Below are positions 1-7,346 of a stretch of DNA of 60,096 nt, in pieces. The stretch is taken from positions 1 through 60,096 of IMG/VR virus record IMGVR_UViG_3300047548_000544; one strand, given 5' to 3'. This DNA comes from a virus. Taxonomy: Duplodnaviria; Caudoviricetes. Positions within the stretch are counted from its first letter, which is position 1; every line of letters begins with the position of its first letter. A model generated the notes under the pieces. That model was not told where the DNA came from, ran no database searches, and saw nothing but the letters and a program-made list of their open reading frames with translations. The translations under genes and the position numbers were made by a program.

Positions 1-857
1 GCAAGAATGTCCATAGCAGTGTCTGAGAACTCATGGGCAATAATGATAACAGGAGAACCGTCGTAAGATTGGTTTCCAAATTCATCTTCTTGAAGAGCAC
101 TCTCTAAGTATCCTAATACTTTAGCATCATTAATACTACCATCATATAAGAACACATGACCGTTTTCCATCTTAGATTGTTGATTAGCTTTATCATTCAT
201 GAACATAGGTCCTAGTTGACCTAATTCTTTAAGACCAGCCGTGATGATATATCCAGAGATTGTTTCAACTCTCATCTCGTCGCCTTGAGCTTCTTCGATA
301 AGAACTGTACCATCGTCTCCAGCAGCCATTACTGCTTCAACTACAGCTTTAGCAATACGCTTATCACCGTTAGCTGAGATTGTAGCAACATCAATAAGTT
401 TTGCTTCAGTTGAAGCATCTTTAGCTTGTTTTCTAATGTAAGGAACAATAACTTCGTCATAGCAGTCCTCTAATTCATTAATGATTCGTTGTGGGTTATA
501 TTTCTTATTACCCTTAACAAATTCATGTCCATGTTTCGTAATTGCATCAGCAAGAACGATTGCTGTTGTTGTTCCATCTCCAGCATCCTTCGCTGTATTA
601 AGACAGATTTCTTTAGCAGCTTCAACAACGATGTTGTATTCAGCTTTATCAAGACCTAAGGACTTTGCAACAGTAACGCCATCTTTTGTAGCTAGTGGTG
701 CCATACCTTCTCTTTCAATAAGAACGGTACGTCCACCTGGACCCATTGTAGATCCGACGATCGCAGCCATCTTAGAAAGAGTTTCACCTACGATTTTTGA
801 AAGTTGTTCATCATCGTGGATAATATCTTTAGATTTACTTTTTTCGTATAGACTCAT
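1..857 (-). CDS. groEL: Chaperonin GroEL/Cpn60-like (5' part; runs off the window edge)
   Basis: Not in the ORF track. Manual translation from ATG at 857 gives MSLYEKSKSKDII...STMGPGGRTVLIE...TKDGVTVAKSL...AGDGTTTAIVLA...ATISANGD, the hallmark chaperonin ATP-binding motifs. Its start overlaps the upstream stop (TAATG). Confidence 0.95.
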   Translation of the reverse strand, partial: MSLYEKSKSKDIIHDDEQLSKIVGETLSKMAAIVGSTMGPGGRTVLIEREGMAPLATKDGVTVAKSLGLDKAEYNIVVEAAKEICLNTAKDAGDGTTTAIVLADAITKHGHEFVKGNKKYNPQRIINELEDCYDEVIVPYIRKQAKDASTEAKLIDVATISANGDKRIAKAVVEAVMAAGDDGTVLIEEAQGDEMRVETISGYIITAGLKELGQLGPMFMNDKANQQSKMENGHVFLYDGSINDAKVLGYLESALQEDEFGNQSYDGSPVIIIAHEFSDTAMDIL

Positions 858-1552
858 TATTCTTCCTTCTTATTATGTTCTTCTAATACTTTCTTATACC
901 TTTTCATTTTACTGATATTAGTCTCAAAGCCATAAAAGGTATGTCCTAGCCTTAGAGATGCCTGCAGTGAGGCTGAAGTCCCCATATACGGATCAAATAT
1001 CATCGAGCCGGGGAGAACATCCGTCATTCTAATTAATAATTCTGCCAAATCTAAAGGATACGCCTCTTCTAATGAACCAGTTTCTACCTTCCAAAGGTTT
1101 CCTGGACATGAGGTATCTTCTGATAATTTAAGGTATTCTTGTATAGGGAGTCTATCTAGTTTCCAGATTTTGCCATTACAAAAATGCAGGACATATTCAT
1201 GGGAGTTAACAAGATTAGATTCACTTCTTTTCCCAGGAAGCCAACTCTTCTCAATAATGATGTTATCAATATGAGTAAAGCCTTCTTCTGTGAAGGTCTT
1301 GGCAATTTCAAATGGACGAGCTTTGTCTTCATTGGGGGCATAACAAATGATAAAGACAACTCCATTTTTAACTGTATTTGTCTTAAGTTTCTTTGCTAGT
1401 TTTTGAACATGTTCAATTGAATAGCCGTCACGCTTGCGAATTGGAATGCGACAGATAGTGATCTCAATGTTTGCTGGCCAAACAGCCAGATCATCGAGAG
1501 CACTAAGGTTATTAATTCTAATGTTGGTCGAAAATAAGTTTTGTATGTCCAT
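857..1552 (-). CDS. DNA N4/N6 methyltransferase-like protein (beta class) with a degenerate catalytic motif
   Basis: The C-terminus has AYPLDLAELLIRM..PGSMIFDPYMGTSAS..FYGFE (SAM-binding motif I) and HEYVLHF. The usual DPPY/SPPY position reads ICRIP. Confidence 0.75.
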   Translation of the reverse strand: MDIQNLFSTNIRINNLSALDDLAVWPANIEITICRIPIRKRDGYSIEHVQKLAKKLKTNTVKNGVVFIICYAPNEDKARPFEIAKTFTEEGFTHIDNIIIEKSWLPGKRSESNLVNSHEYVLHFCNGKIWKLDRLPIQEYLKLSEDTSCPGNLWKVETGSLEEAYPLDLAELLIRMTDVLPGSMIFDPYMGTSASLQASLRLGHTFYGFETNISKMKRYKKVLEEHNKKEE

Positions 1553-1567
1553 AGGACATTATTATAC

Positions 1568-2047
1568 TTAAGTGTCTTTAGAGAGTTCTTCTGCGATTTG
1601 TTTGTCCATTTCTTCATTAAAACGCTTATATCTTAAAGGTTCTGTGTCTTTTTTCAACTTAACAATGAATTTATCTAGCTCATCTAGTCCATAAGCTCTA
1701 ATTACGAGTTGAAACCTAAAGTACTTTTCTTCTGCAAATACACTTTCAACTGGCTGTCCATCTGCTTGAAAGCATCCACCATACAAAGCATCTCTATTAA
1801 CTACAGGGTTCACTATAATCTCTTGAAGTTGAGCAAACTTAGAAACATAAATATATGCTTCTTCTTTACAGATACATTCAAAAGTAGATGTAACTACACC
1901 CTTAATATAATTAGTGGGCTGAGTAAAACTCATACTTGTACGCTCTTGATAATCATGTTGTTCATGATAACCGCTAACATTAATACCTATATAATTTAGA
2001 TAATCAGTTAAAGCTTGTGCGCCCATCTGTATGTGTTCCCTTTTCAT
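1568..2047 (-). CDS. Hypothetical protein
   Basis: 159-aa ORF translationally coupled (TAATG) to the dUTPase gene. Confidence 0.7.
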   Translation of the reverse strand: MKREHIQMGAQALTDYLNYIGINVSGYHEQHDYQERTSMSFTQPTNYIKGVVTSTFECICKEEAYIYVSKFAQLQEIIVNPVVNRDALYGGCFQADGQPVESVFAEEKYFRFQLVIRAYGLDELDKFIVKLKKDTEPLRYKRFNEEMDKQIAEELSKDT

Positions 2048-2484
2048 TAGTATCCTCTTGCTTGTCTATCAAAATTCTCTTTATTTTTAGAGATGTATAG
2101 TTTTTCAAAAGTTTCACCATCAATACCAAGAGCAAGTCCGATATTCATAAAGAAGTGGAACATGTCAATATATTCATAATAGGTCTCTAATTTATCAGCA
2201 TCATCTTTGAATCCAGCTAGAACTTCAGGAGAATATGTTTTCCATTCTTTAAAGGGAAGACGCTCTAATAGCTCAGCAAATTCTAAGGAGATGTTTCTCC
2301 ATTGTTTAGAGATATCATCTACTTTTTCTTTGTGAGTAGCATTATCATAATCTAATGCTCTACCTGTACTGGCAAGTCGTCTTTGTAAAGAAGCTTGCAT
2401 CTCAAACATATCAACCACGGGGTTTTCTAATTTTTTGAGAGATGGGTCAAAGAGATGAGCACATTTGTTTTCTGGGTTAATCAT
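2047..2484 (-). CDS. dut: Dimeric all-alpha dUTPase (dUTPase_2/MazG-like fold)
   Basis: EFAELLERLPFKEWK, EYIDMFHFFMNIGL and a C-terminal KNKENFDRQARGY are typical of dimeric dUTPases. Confidence 0.88.
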   Translation of the reverse strand: MINPENKCAHLFDPSLKKLENPVVDMFEMQASLQRRLASTGRALDYDNATHKEKVDDISKQWRNISLEFAELLERLPFKEWKTYSPEVLAGFKDDADKLETYYEYIDMFHFFMNIGLALGIDGETFEKLYISKNKENFDRQARGY

Positions 2485-3005
2485 AAAGTATCTCCATTTC
2501 TATATTTTACTAATCTTAATAGCCATTCTTCAAACTCTAAATCAGTTAAATTACTTTTTGCCATATTACAAATAGAGCAACATGATCTAGTATTAGTTAG
2601 AGAATATCCTTTACTAGAATCAATTCTATCTACCCCATTGGCATAAGCTGTAAATTTTCTTGTTCTTAATTGTGGTTCAATACCACAGTAATAGCAATTA
2701 CCTTGTGTTAAATTTTTAAATTCTTCAAAAGATAATTCAAATGTATGATCTCTATCTCTTGCTCCAGCTTTATAATCTGTAAATAATGTCTTTAACAAAG
2801 ATTCTTTTATGTCTTTTGTTTTTCTAGCACAACCACAAGAAACTATTTGACCAGTCTTAACTCTAGATGCTTCATGTATACTTTTATTACCACAAGAACA
2901 TTGAAAATACCATTTCACAGCACCAGTTTTACTTCTTTCTTTTACTTCAGAAAGTGCAATCAGTTTACCAAATTTTTTATTAGTTATATCAAGTTTCAGT
3001 CCCAC
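2481..3005 (-). CDS. HNH homing endonuclease
   Basis: N-terminal KKFGKL..WYFQCSCG..SCGC module, then CYYCG..NGVDRIDSSKGYSLTN..CCSICNMAK. Confidence 0.85.
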   Translation of the reverse strand: MGLKLDITNKKFGKLIALSEVKERSKTGAVKWYFQCSCGNKSIHEASRVKTGQIVSCGCARKTKDIKESLLKTLFTDYKAGARDRDHTFELSFEEFKNLTQGNCYYCGIEPQLRTRKFTAYANGVDRIDSSKGYSLTNTRSCCSICNMAKSNLTDLEFEEWLLRLVKYRNGDTL

Positions 3006-3450
3006 TATCTTCCTCTTTTTTATAGTCAGTAAAAATTATTCCGAAAAGATGATCTATCTCATGTTGAATAACAACAGCAGTTAAATCAGTAAACTCTTTC
3101 TCATTATACGTTTTATTTTTATCTTGCCATCTTACTTTAATTGTTTTAGCTCTAGTGTTAGTATTGTGGGTAACACCTTTCACAGAGAGACAACCTTCAG
3201 GGAAGGGTAAAGTTTCGGAGTTAGATTCTAAGATTTCAGGATTAAACATAATCCCAGAAAATTCTAGAGTATTAATACAAATAATTCGTAAACTTTTTCC
3301 GACCTGGTTCGCAGCGAGACCGACTGCTTTATGAGCATTCATAGTAGTTAACATACTCATTGCAAATGCTGTATGTTTAGAGGGTTCTTCCACTCTATTA
3401 CATACTCTTCTTAATGATGGGTGCTTGTCGTTTAAAATTTTTAGAATCAT
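2989..3450 (-). CDS. def: Peptide deformylase
   Basis: All three PDF motifs are present: GLAANQVG, EGCLSV, QHEIDHL. Confidence 0.96.
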   Translation of the reverse strand: MILKILNDKHPSLRRVCNRVEEPSKHTAFAMSMLTTMNAHKAVGLAANQVGKSLRIICINTLEFSGIMFNPEILESNSETLPFPEGCLSVKGVTHNTNTRAKTIKVRWQDKNKTYNEKEFTDLTAVVIQHEIDHLFGIIFTDYKKEEDSGTET

Positions 3451-3556
3451 GTTCTGATTCTACTAATATAATTATCTCTACTATTCTATTCTAGTACAGA
3501 TCTGTAAGGTTTTGGGGTGGTTGTATTTTACCTAGTTCGTCAGAAAAAGAAGTAGG

Positions 3557-3823
3557 TTATTTATCTAGTGAGTAAAGTGGGTTGCTACTTAGACTCAACA
3601 TCCTGTTAAAAGTCTGAAGTAAGCAAATTGTAAAGTAAACATCTGCCTCAATAAATTCTATTCCTACATGCCAAGTAAGCTCTTCAATATCATTTCTGAT
3701 CTTAATCATGTTTCCACGAATATCTTCTATGACATACTTTTTATTAGCTGTAATATTGGGGATGAGTTCGTAAGGGGTAATAACTATCATATGTATTTCT
3801 AGTCCTGGCAGTATGCCATTCAC
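3557..3823 (-). CDS. Hypothetical protein
   Basis: 88-aa ORF directly after the endolysin. C-terminal LLQTFNRML resembles the motif of the 54.8-56.8 kb small-protein family. Confidence 0.6.
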   Translation of the reverse strand: MNGILPGLEIHMIVITPYELIPNITANKKYVIEDIRGNMIKIRNDIEELTWHVGIEFIEADVYFTICLLQTFNRMLSLSSNPLYSLDK

Positions 3824-4258
3824 TTAAAGATCCTTATCGGAAATACTTACATCTGCAGGTTTAACTCCAGGTTTCTTCCTAAAGTCCCATCTAGCTTTAT
3901 ACCCTCTAGAGTCAATGTGAGTAAAAGTATCATATCTTCCTAAGCCATCAAAGCTTTCACAAGCATCTTGAACTTCTAAAGGAGTCATTCCTTTCACAAC
4001 GATATCCGTCGCATGACCTTTCATGTGCATAGAGTTCTTTTCTCCACCAACTGCAGCATTGTGAGCTGGACATCTGTAAGCAGAGTTAATAGTAATTGAG
4101 GCACCTAGGTCTTCACGTAATTTCTGTAGTTTAGCAACGTGATCTAGATTGATTAGAGTTTCTGGGCATTGACCGCATGAGCATTCAAACTCTGCGACTA
4201 AGAAGTTAGCTGAAAGTTTAGTTTTATCGCCACGGGGGAACTTTTTAATGTTAGCCAT
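3824..4258 (-). CDS. Peptidase M15A (D-Ala-D-Ala carboxypeptidase-type) endolysin
   Basis: LSANF..EFECSCG, SAYRCPAHNAAVGG..SMHMKGHATDI, FTHIDSRG (H/D/H Zn ligands). SD AGGAG and an upstream TGATATAAT at 4278-4286. Confidence 0.9.
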   Translation of the reverse strand: MANIKKFPRGDKTKLSANFLVAEFECSCGQCPETLINLDHVAKLQKLREDLGASITINSAYRCPAHNAAVGGEKNSMHMKGHATDIVVKGMTPLEVQDACESFDGLGRYDTFTHIDSRGYKARWDFRKKPGVKPADVSISDKDL

Positions 4259-4335
4259 AAGTATCTCCTATGGCTATATTATATCAAAGATTTAGGTTTC
4301 AAGTTAATAAGAGATCTATAGAGGAGGTGATTTGA

Positions 4336-4386
4336 ATGATTTATTTAGTATTGTTGATTGTAATTTTATATTTAGTTCGTAAGTAG
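4336..4386 (+). CDS. 16-aa hydrophobic peptide MIYLVLLIVILYLVRK (type I toxin-like)
   Basis: Very strong SD GAGGAGGTGA at 4321-4330. Uninterrupted hydrophobic run followed by RK. TAG stop. Converges on the tRNA 3' end. Confidence 0.6.
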   Translation: MIYLVLLIVILYLVRK

Positions 4387-4395
4387 TTGAAAAGA

Positions 4396-4472
4396 TGGTG
4401 CTCCATGAGGGATTCGAACCCTCTATGGCAGGTTTAGAAGCTGCTGTCTATAACCAATTAGACGTATGGAGC
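4396..4472 (-). tRNA. tRNA with CUA-centred anticodon loop (putative amber suppressor; alternative reading Arg-UCU)
   Basis: 77-nt cloverleaf: GCTCCAT AC GTCT AATTGGTTAT AGAC A GCAGC TTCTAAA CCTGC CATA GAGGG TTCGAAT CCCTC ATGGAGC A CCA. Acceptor, D and T stems are perfect and CCA is encoded. There is a C31-C39 mismatch, and A replaces U at position 8. Confidence 0.9.
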
Positions 4473-4483
4473 ATATCTTTATT

Positions 4484-4783
4484 TTACAACAATCTGAAAT
4501 CTTTAAAGTACTCAGAGCAATCTGGACCATAGGCTGCAAAAGCTGTAAGTTGACTTCCAATATCGGGTTCATAAAAAGAAGCAATATTTATATCAGCAAG
4601 GGGGAAGGTCTTTTGTGCCATCGTCAACATTTCAAAATTTGTTTTAAGATACACAATTGTATGATTGCCCCACTCTTGAGCTAGATCTGGATAACTCAAC
4701 ATAAAGGCAGCTAGGGCGTGACCGCCCTGAACTGCTTGTTGACTCTTAGATAGATCATCTCTTATTAAGATATACATTTTCAT
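4484..4783 (-). CDS. Peptidyl-tRNA hydrolase Pth2-like protein
   Basis: KMYILIRDDL..QAVQGGHA, IVYLK and FYEPDIGSQLTAFA follow the PTH2-family pattern in about 100 aa. The canonical GK reads SQ and DAGxT reads EPD..T. Confidence 0.8.
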   Translation of the reverse strand: MKMYILIRDDLSKSQQAVQGGHALAAFMLSYPDLAQEWGNHTIVYLKTNFEMLTMAQKTFPLADINIASFYEPDIGSQLTAFAAYGPDCSEYFKDFRLL

Positions 4784-5061
4784 TATATACCTTCAGCTAC
4801 AAGATTTGCAACAGTTGTTAAGATCTGATCCATCTTGTATTCAGATATCTTATTACAATCGTGGACTTTACCTTCTATTTGTTCATAAGTACGACCGCGA
4901 GCCATACAGTAAGCTATATGCTTATATCTGTATTCCAGTTGAGCCCAATGTAAACCATGTACGTAACCGGAGTTAGCTGCACAGCGTGAGGCTTTCATTG
5001 CTCTGATTTCAGATGCTTCTTGTTTTAATTCTTTCTTAAGTTCTAGTAATTTTTCGTTCAT
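4783..5061 (-). CDS. Unknown 92-aa protein translationally coupled to the Pth2-like gene
   Basis: The true start is probably ATG at 5061 (SD GGAG), not 5097. Motif YRYKHIAYCMARGRTYEQIE. TAATG overlap with the Pth2-like gene. Confidence 0.8.
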   Translation of the reverse strand: MNEKLLELKKELKQEASEIRAMKASRCAANSGYVHGLHWAQLEYRYKHIAYCMARGRTYEQIEGKVHDCNKISEYKMDQILTTVANLVAEGI

Positions 5062-5067
5062 TTGATA

Positions 5068-5114
5068 TTCTCCATAATAATTGTTTTGCGAAAGCATAAT
5101 TGAATTATGGTGAA
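5068..5114 (-). promoter_or_regulatory. Putative translational attenuator hairpin sequestering the SD of the 5061 gene
   Basis: mRNA TTC-A-CCATAAT-TC-AATT-A-TGC-TTTC-GCA-AAAC-AATT-ATTATGG-A-GAA. The pairings TTC/GAA, CCATAAT/ATTATGG, AATT/AATT and TGC/GCA cover the GGAG. Confidence 0.6.
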
Positions 5115-5115
5115 T

Positions 5116-5142
5116 TTATGGTGGCTTAGTCATCTATCTCAT
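5116..5142 (-). CDS. Leader minigene M-R-(TAG)-M-T-K-P-P-TAA
   Basis: SD AAGGAG (5148-5153) lies 5 nt before ATG AGA TAG ATG ACT AAG CCA CCA TAA. Confidence 0.65.
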
Positions 5143-5168
5143 AAGATCTCCTTTGGTTGATTGAATAT

Positions 5169-5177
5169 ATTATACCA
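5169..5177 (-). promoter_or_regulatory. Extended -10 promoter TGGTATAAT for the leader/Pth2/tRNA operon
   Basis: Overlaps the helicase stop codon and lies about 25 nt upstream of the leader ATG. The same motif occurs in most intergenic regions. Confidence 0.7.
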
Positions 5178-6552
5178 CGTCAACGTCTTTGGTTATGTCT
5201 AAGTACCAGTCTATTCTACTCTTTGCATGTCTTGTAAGCATAGTAGATCCCTGAGGAATATAGTCTATAATAATAGCATGAGTTTTAGTTCCCTGTTTTC
5301 TAAGTGCTCTTCCTAAAGATTGAACAACTATTCCTTTAGATCCTGGGAAATGAGCCATAATAAGAACATCTACATTCTTCGTATCACATCCTTCCCCGAT
5401 CTTACCACCAGTACCTATCAGACCGGTTATAGAACCTGCATTAAGCTGATCTACATAAGATTGTGACTGTTTGTCAGTGCCTTGTGCGAAAGGTAATCCT
5501 AACAGTTTAGAGAGCTCCTCTCCATGAACAACTTCTCCAACCAAACAAAGCACAGATTTACCAGCAGCAATGTAAGTTTGAATGTCTGCGACGATTTGTG
5601 CTTTCATAGCAGTGTCGTTTAGAACATGTTCTTTATATGCTTTCATTTTGTCGTTCTTATAATCGGTGCCTGAAGTCGCTACACTCTTCACTATAAATTT
5701 AGGTTGAGCTAAAAATCCATTAGCTATTCCCCATTTAATATCTCTTCTTAATAAAACATCCCCACATCCAGCATTGATCATAATGTCTTTGCCATCAGAT
5801 CTATAGTCAGTCGCTGTGAGTCCGTAAATTCTTCCAACATCTCCAAGGGCAACAGCAATATCAAAAAACGTATTTGCAGCAATATGATGTACTTCGTCGA
5901 AGATGATACAACCCAAATCTGCCTTAGCAAACTCTTCTGTCGCTTTAATAACACTAGCAGCAATACCTACAGTGATGTTCTTAATCTTCTTCTTGCCACC
6001 ACCGTAGAAGCCAACTTGATCTTCACCAAAGGCTTCACACAGTTCTTTATAGAATTGTTTAGCAATAGAATCAGAAGGAACTATGATAAGAGTTTTTCTT
6101 TTTAACTCTTTAATTAAATAGAGTGCAGTAAGCGTCTTACCCATTCCTGTAGCGAAGTTAACAACTCCTCTCCAGTTAGCAGAACATAAGTCTACAGCTT
6201 CTTGTTGATAAGGTCTTAGAGCAAAAGGTTTCTTTTTCCAAGGATAAGTTGTCTTAGAACCTGTATCTATTCTTTTATCTTCTATCTCTATATCTTTTAT
6301 ATTATTAAGTAAATAGGCTAAACCAGAATTAAAGGCAACATGTTTACCCATGGGTTTTAATAGATTGCCTTGAGCTTCTTTTTGTAACTTCTTATAGTAA
6401 CCTGAATTCTTTTGAAATGGGTTATGATCCATGCGACGCAATTGATATTTGATAGCTTTATCTTCATAACTTAACAGATCATTTAACGATTGTATAACGA
6501 TCGGTGTAGGATTTTGAACGATTGTAAATTTATTAGTTATGATTGCTCGCAT
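5170..6552 (-). CDS. Superfamily 2 DEXH helicase (UvsW-like)
   Basis: LRPYQQEA, ATGMGKT, DEVHH, GLTAT, GEGCD and QSLGRALR motifs. Confidence 0.93.
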   Translation of the reverse strand: MRAIITNKFTIVQNPTPIVIQSLNDLLSYEDKAIKYQLRRMDHNPFQKNSGYYKKLQKEAQGNLLKPMGKHVAFNSGLAYLLNNIKDIEIEDKRIDTGSKTTYPWKKKPFALRPYQQEAVDLCSANWRGVVNFATGMGKTLTALYLIKELKRKTLIIVPSDSIAKQFYKELCEAFGEDQVGFYGGGKKKIKNITVGIAASVIKATEEFAKADLGCIIFDEVHHIAANTFFDIAVALGDVGRIYGLTATDYRSDGKDIMINAGCGDVLLRRDIKWGIANGFLAQPKFIVKSVATSGTDYKNDKMKAYKEHVLNDTAMKAQIVADIQTYIAAGKSVLCLVGEVVHGEELSKLLGLPFAQGTDKQSQSYVDQLNAGSITGLIGTGGKIGEGCDTKNVDVLIMAHFPGSKGIVVQSLGRALRKQGTKTHAIIIDYIPQGSTMLTRHAKSRIDWYLDITKDVDVV

Positions 6553-6558
6553 CCTAGT

Positions 6559-6597
6559 ATTATACTTAAAGGGTCCGATATATTTGATCCGTATAAT
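6559..6597. promoter_or_regulatory. Divergent -10 promoters (GTATAAT on both strands)
   Basis: Minus-strand GTATAAT at 6559-6565, 6 nt before the helicase ATG. Plus-strand GTATAAT at 6591-6597 before the replication operon. Confidence 0.65.
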
Positions 6598-6640
6598 ATT
6601 AATAAGAATTTTGATCTTAAACGTTTTTTAGGAGAGTATT

Positions 6641-6841
6641 ATGGCAGAAGCCAATCCATCTTATGATGGTAAGTTAAAAGACAGTCTCACTTGGTGGTTA
6701 GGTAAAAAGAAGCCATTTATAGTGAATAACGAGTACGAAATACGCTTACTATTCATTGACAAAGAGAACAACTCAGCAAAAATTGAAATTACAAATCTGA
6801 AGACTAAAGCAGTCGATACCGTAGAGGTTCAAGATGAGTAA
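6641..6841 (+). CDS. Hypothetical protein
   Basis: SD AGGAG. First gene of the plus-strand replication operon. Confidence 0.7.
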   Translation: MAEANPSYDGKLKDSLTWWLGKKKPFIVNNEYEIRLLFIDKENNSAKIEITNLKTKAVDTVEVQDE

Positions 6842-7346
6842 TGATGAAAAGAAAGCTTCTTTAATATTTGATAAATGGAAAGCAGAATTAAAAGAGATGG
6901 ATCGCTCAAGAGCGAACGTTGATACTAATTTTGATAATCTATTTACAAGTCTTAAACAATCTAAAGTATCATTTGATACAGCACATGCAATCTTACCTAA
7001 AGCACTTGTAGCACATTATCCAAACCAATCGGTTATTGATAATGTGTATAAACGTGTAAAAATATCTGGTAAGCCAAAACAAGAATTTGCAGATGAGTGG
7101 AAAGAAAATATCGCAAGTAGCGGTAAACGAATCTTTTACAGTGTTTACCCTATTGATGGCGTTGAAGAGGAAGAAGGCGAAAAGAAATACGGAAGTATGT
7201 CTGCGAGAGAATATAGATTACAACGCAAACACGCAGATAGCTTTCCTCAGTTAGATTGGACTAAGATTAAAATTGAACCTATAAGTTTAGAGGATTTAAA
7301 AGAAATGGAAAACCTATCTGTAGATTTGGAGGATGACAATGAGTAA
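6834..7346 (+). CDS. Hypothetical protein (replication operon)
   Basis: 170-aa ORF overlapping both neighbours. Confidence 0.7.
   Translation: MSNDEKKASLIFDKWKAELKEMDRSRANVDTNFDNLFTSLKQSKVSFDTAHAILPKALVAHYPNQSVIDNVYKRVKISGKPKQEFADEWKENIASSGKRIFYSVYPIDGVEEEEGEKKYGSMSAREYRLQRKHADSFPQLDWTKIKIEPISLEDLKEMENLSVDLEDDNE

Noticed and set aside
4396-4472. tRNA-Pyl / pyrrolysine system
   Set aside because: The tRNA keeps a large D-loop with GG, the TTC loop and a 2-nt connector. No pyl genes are in the window.
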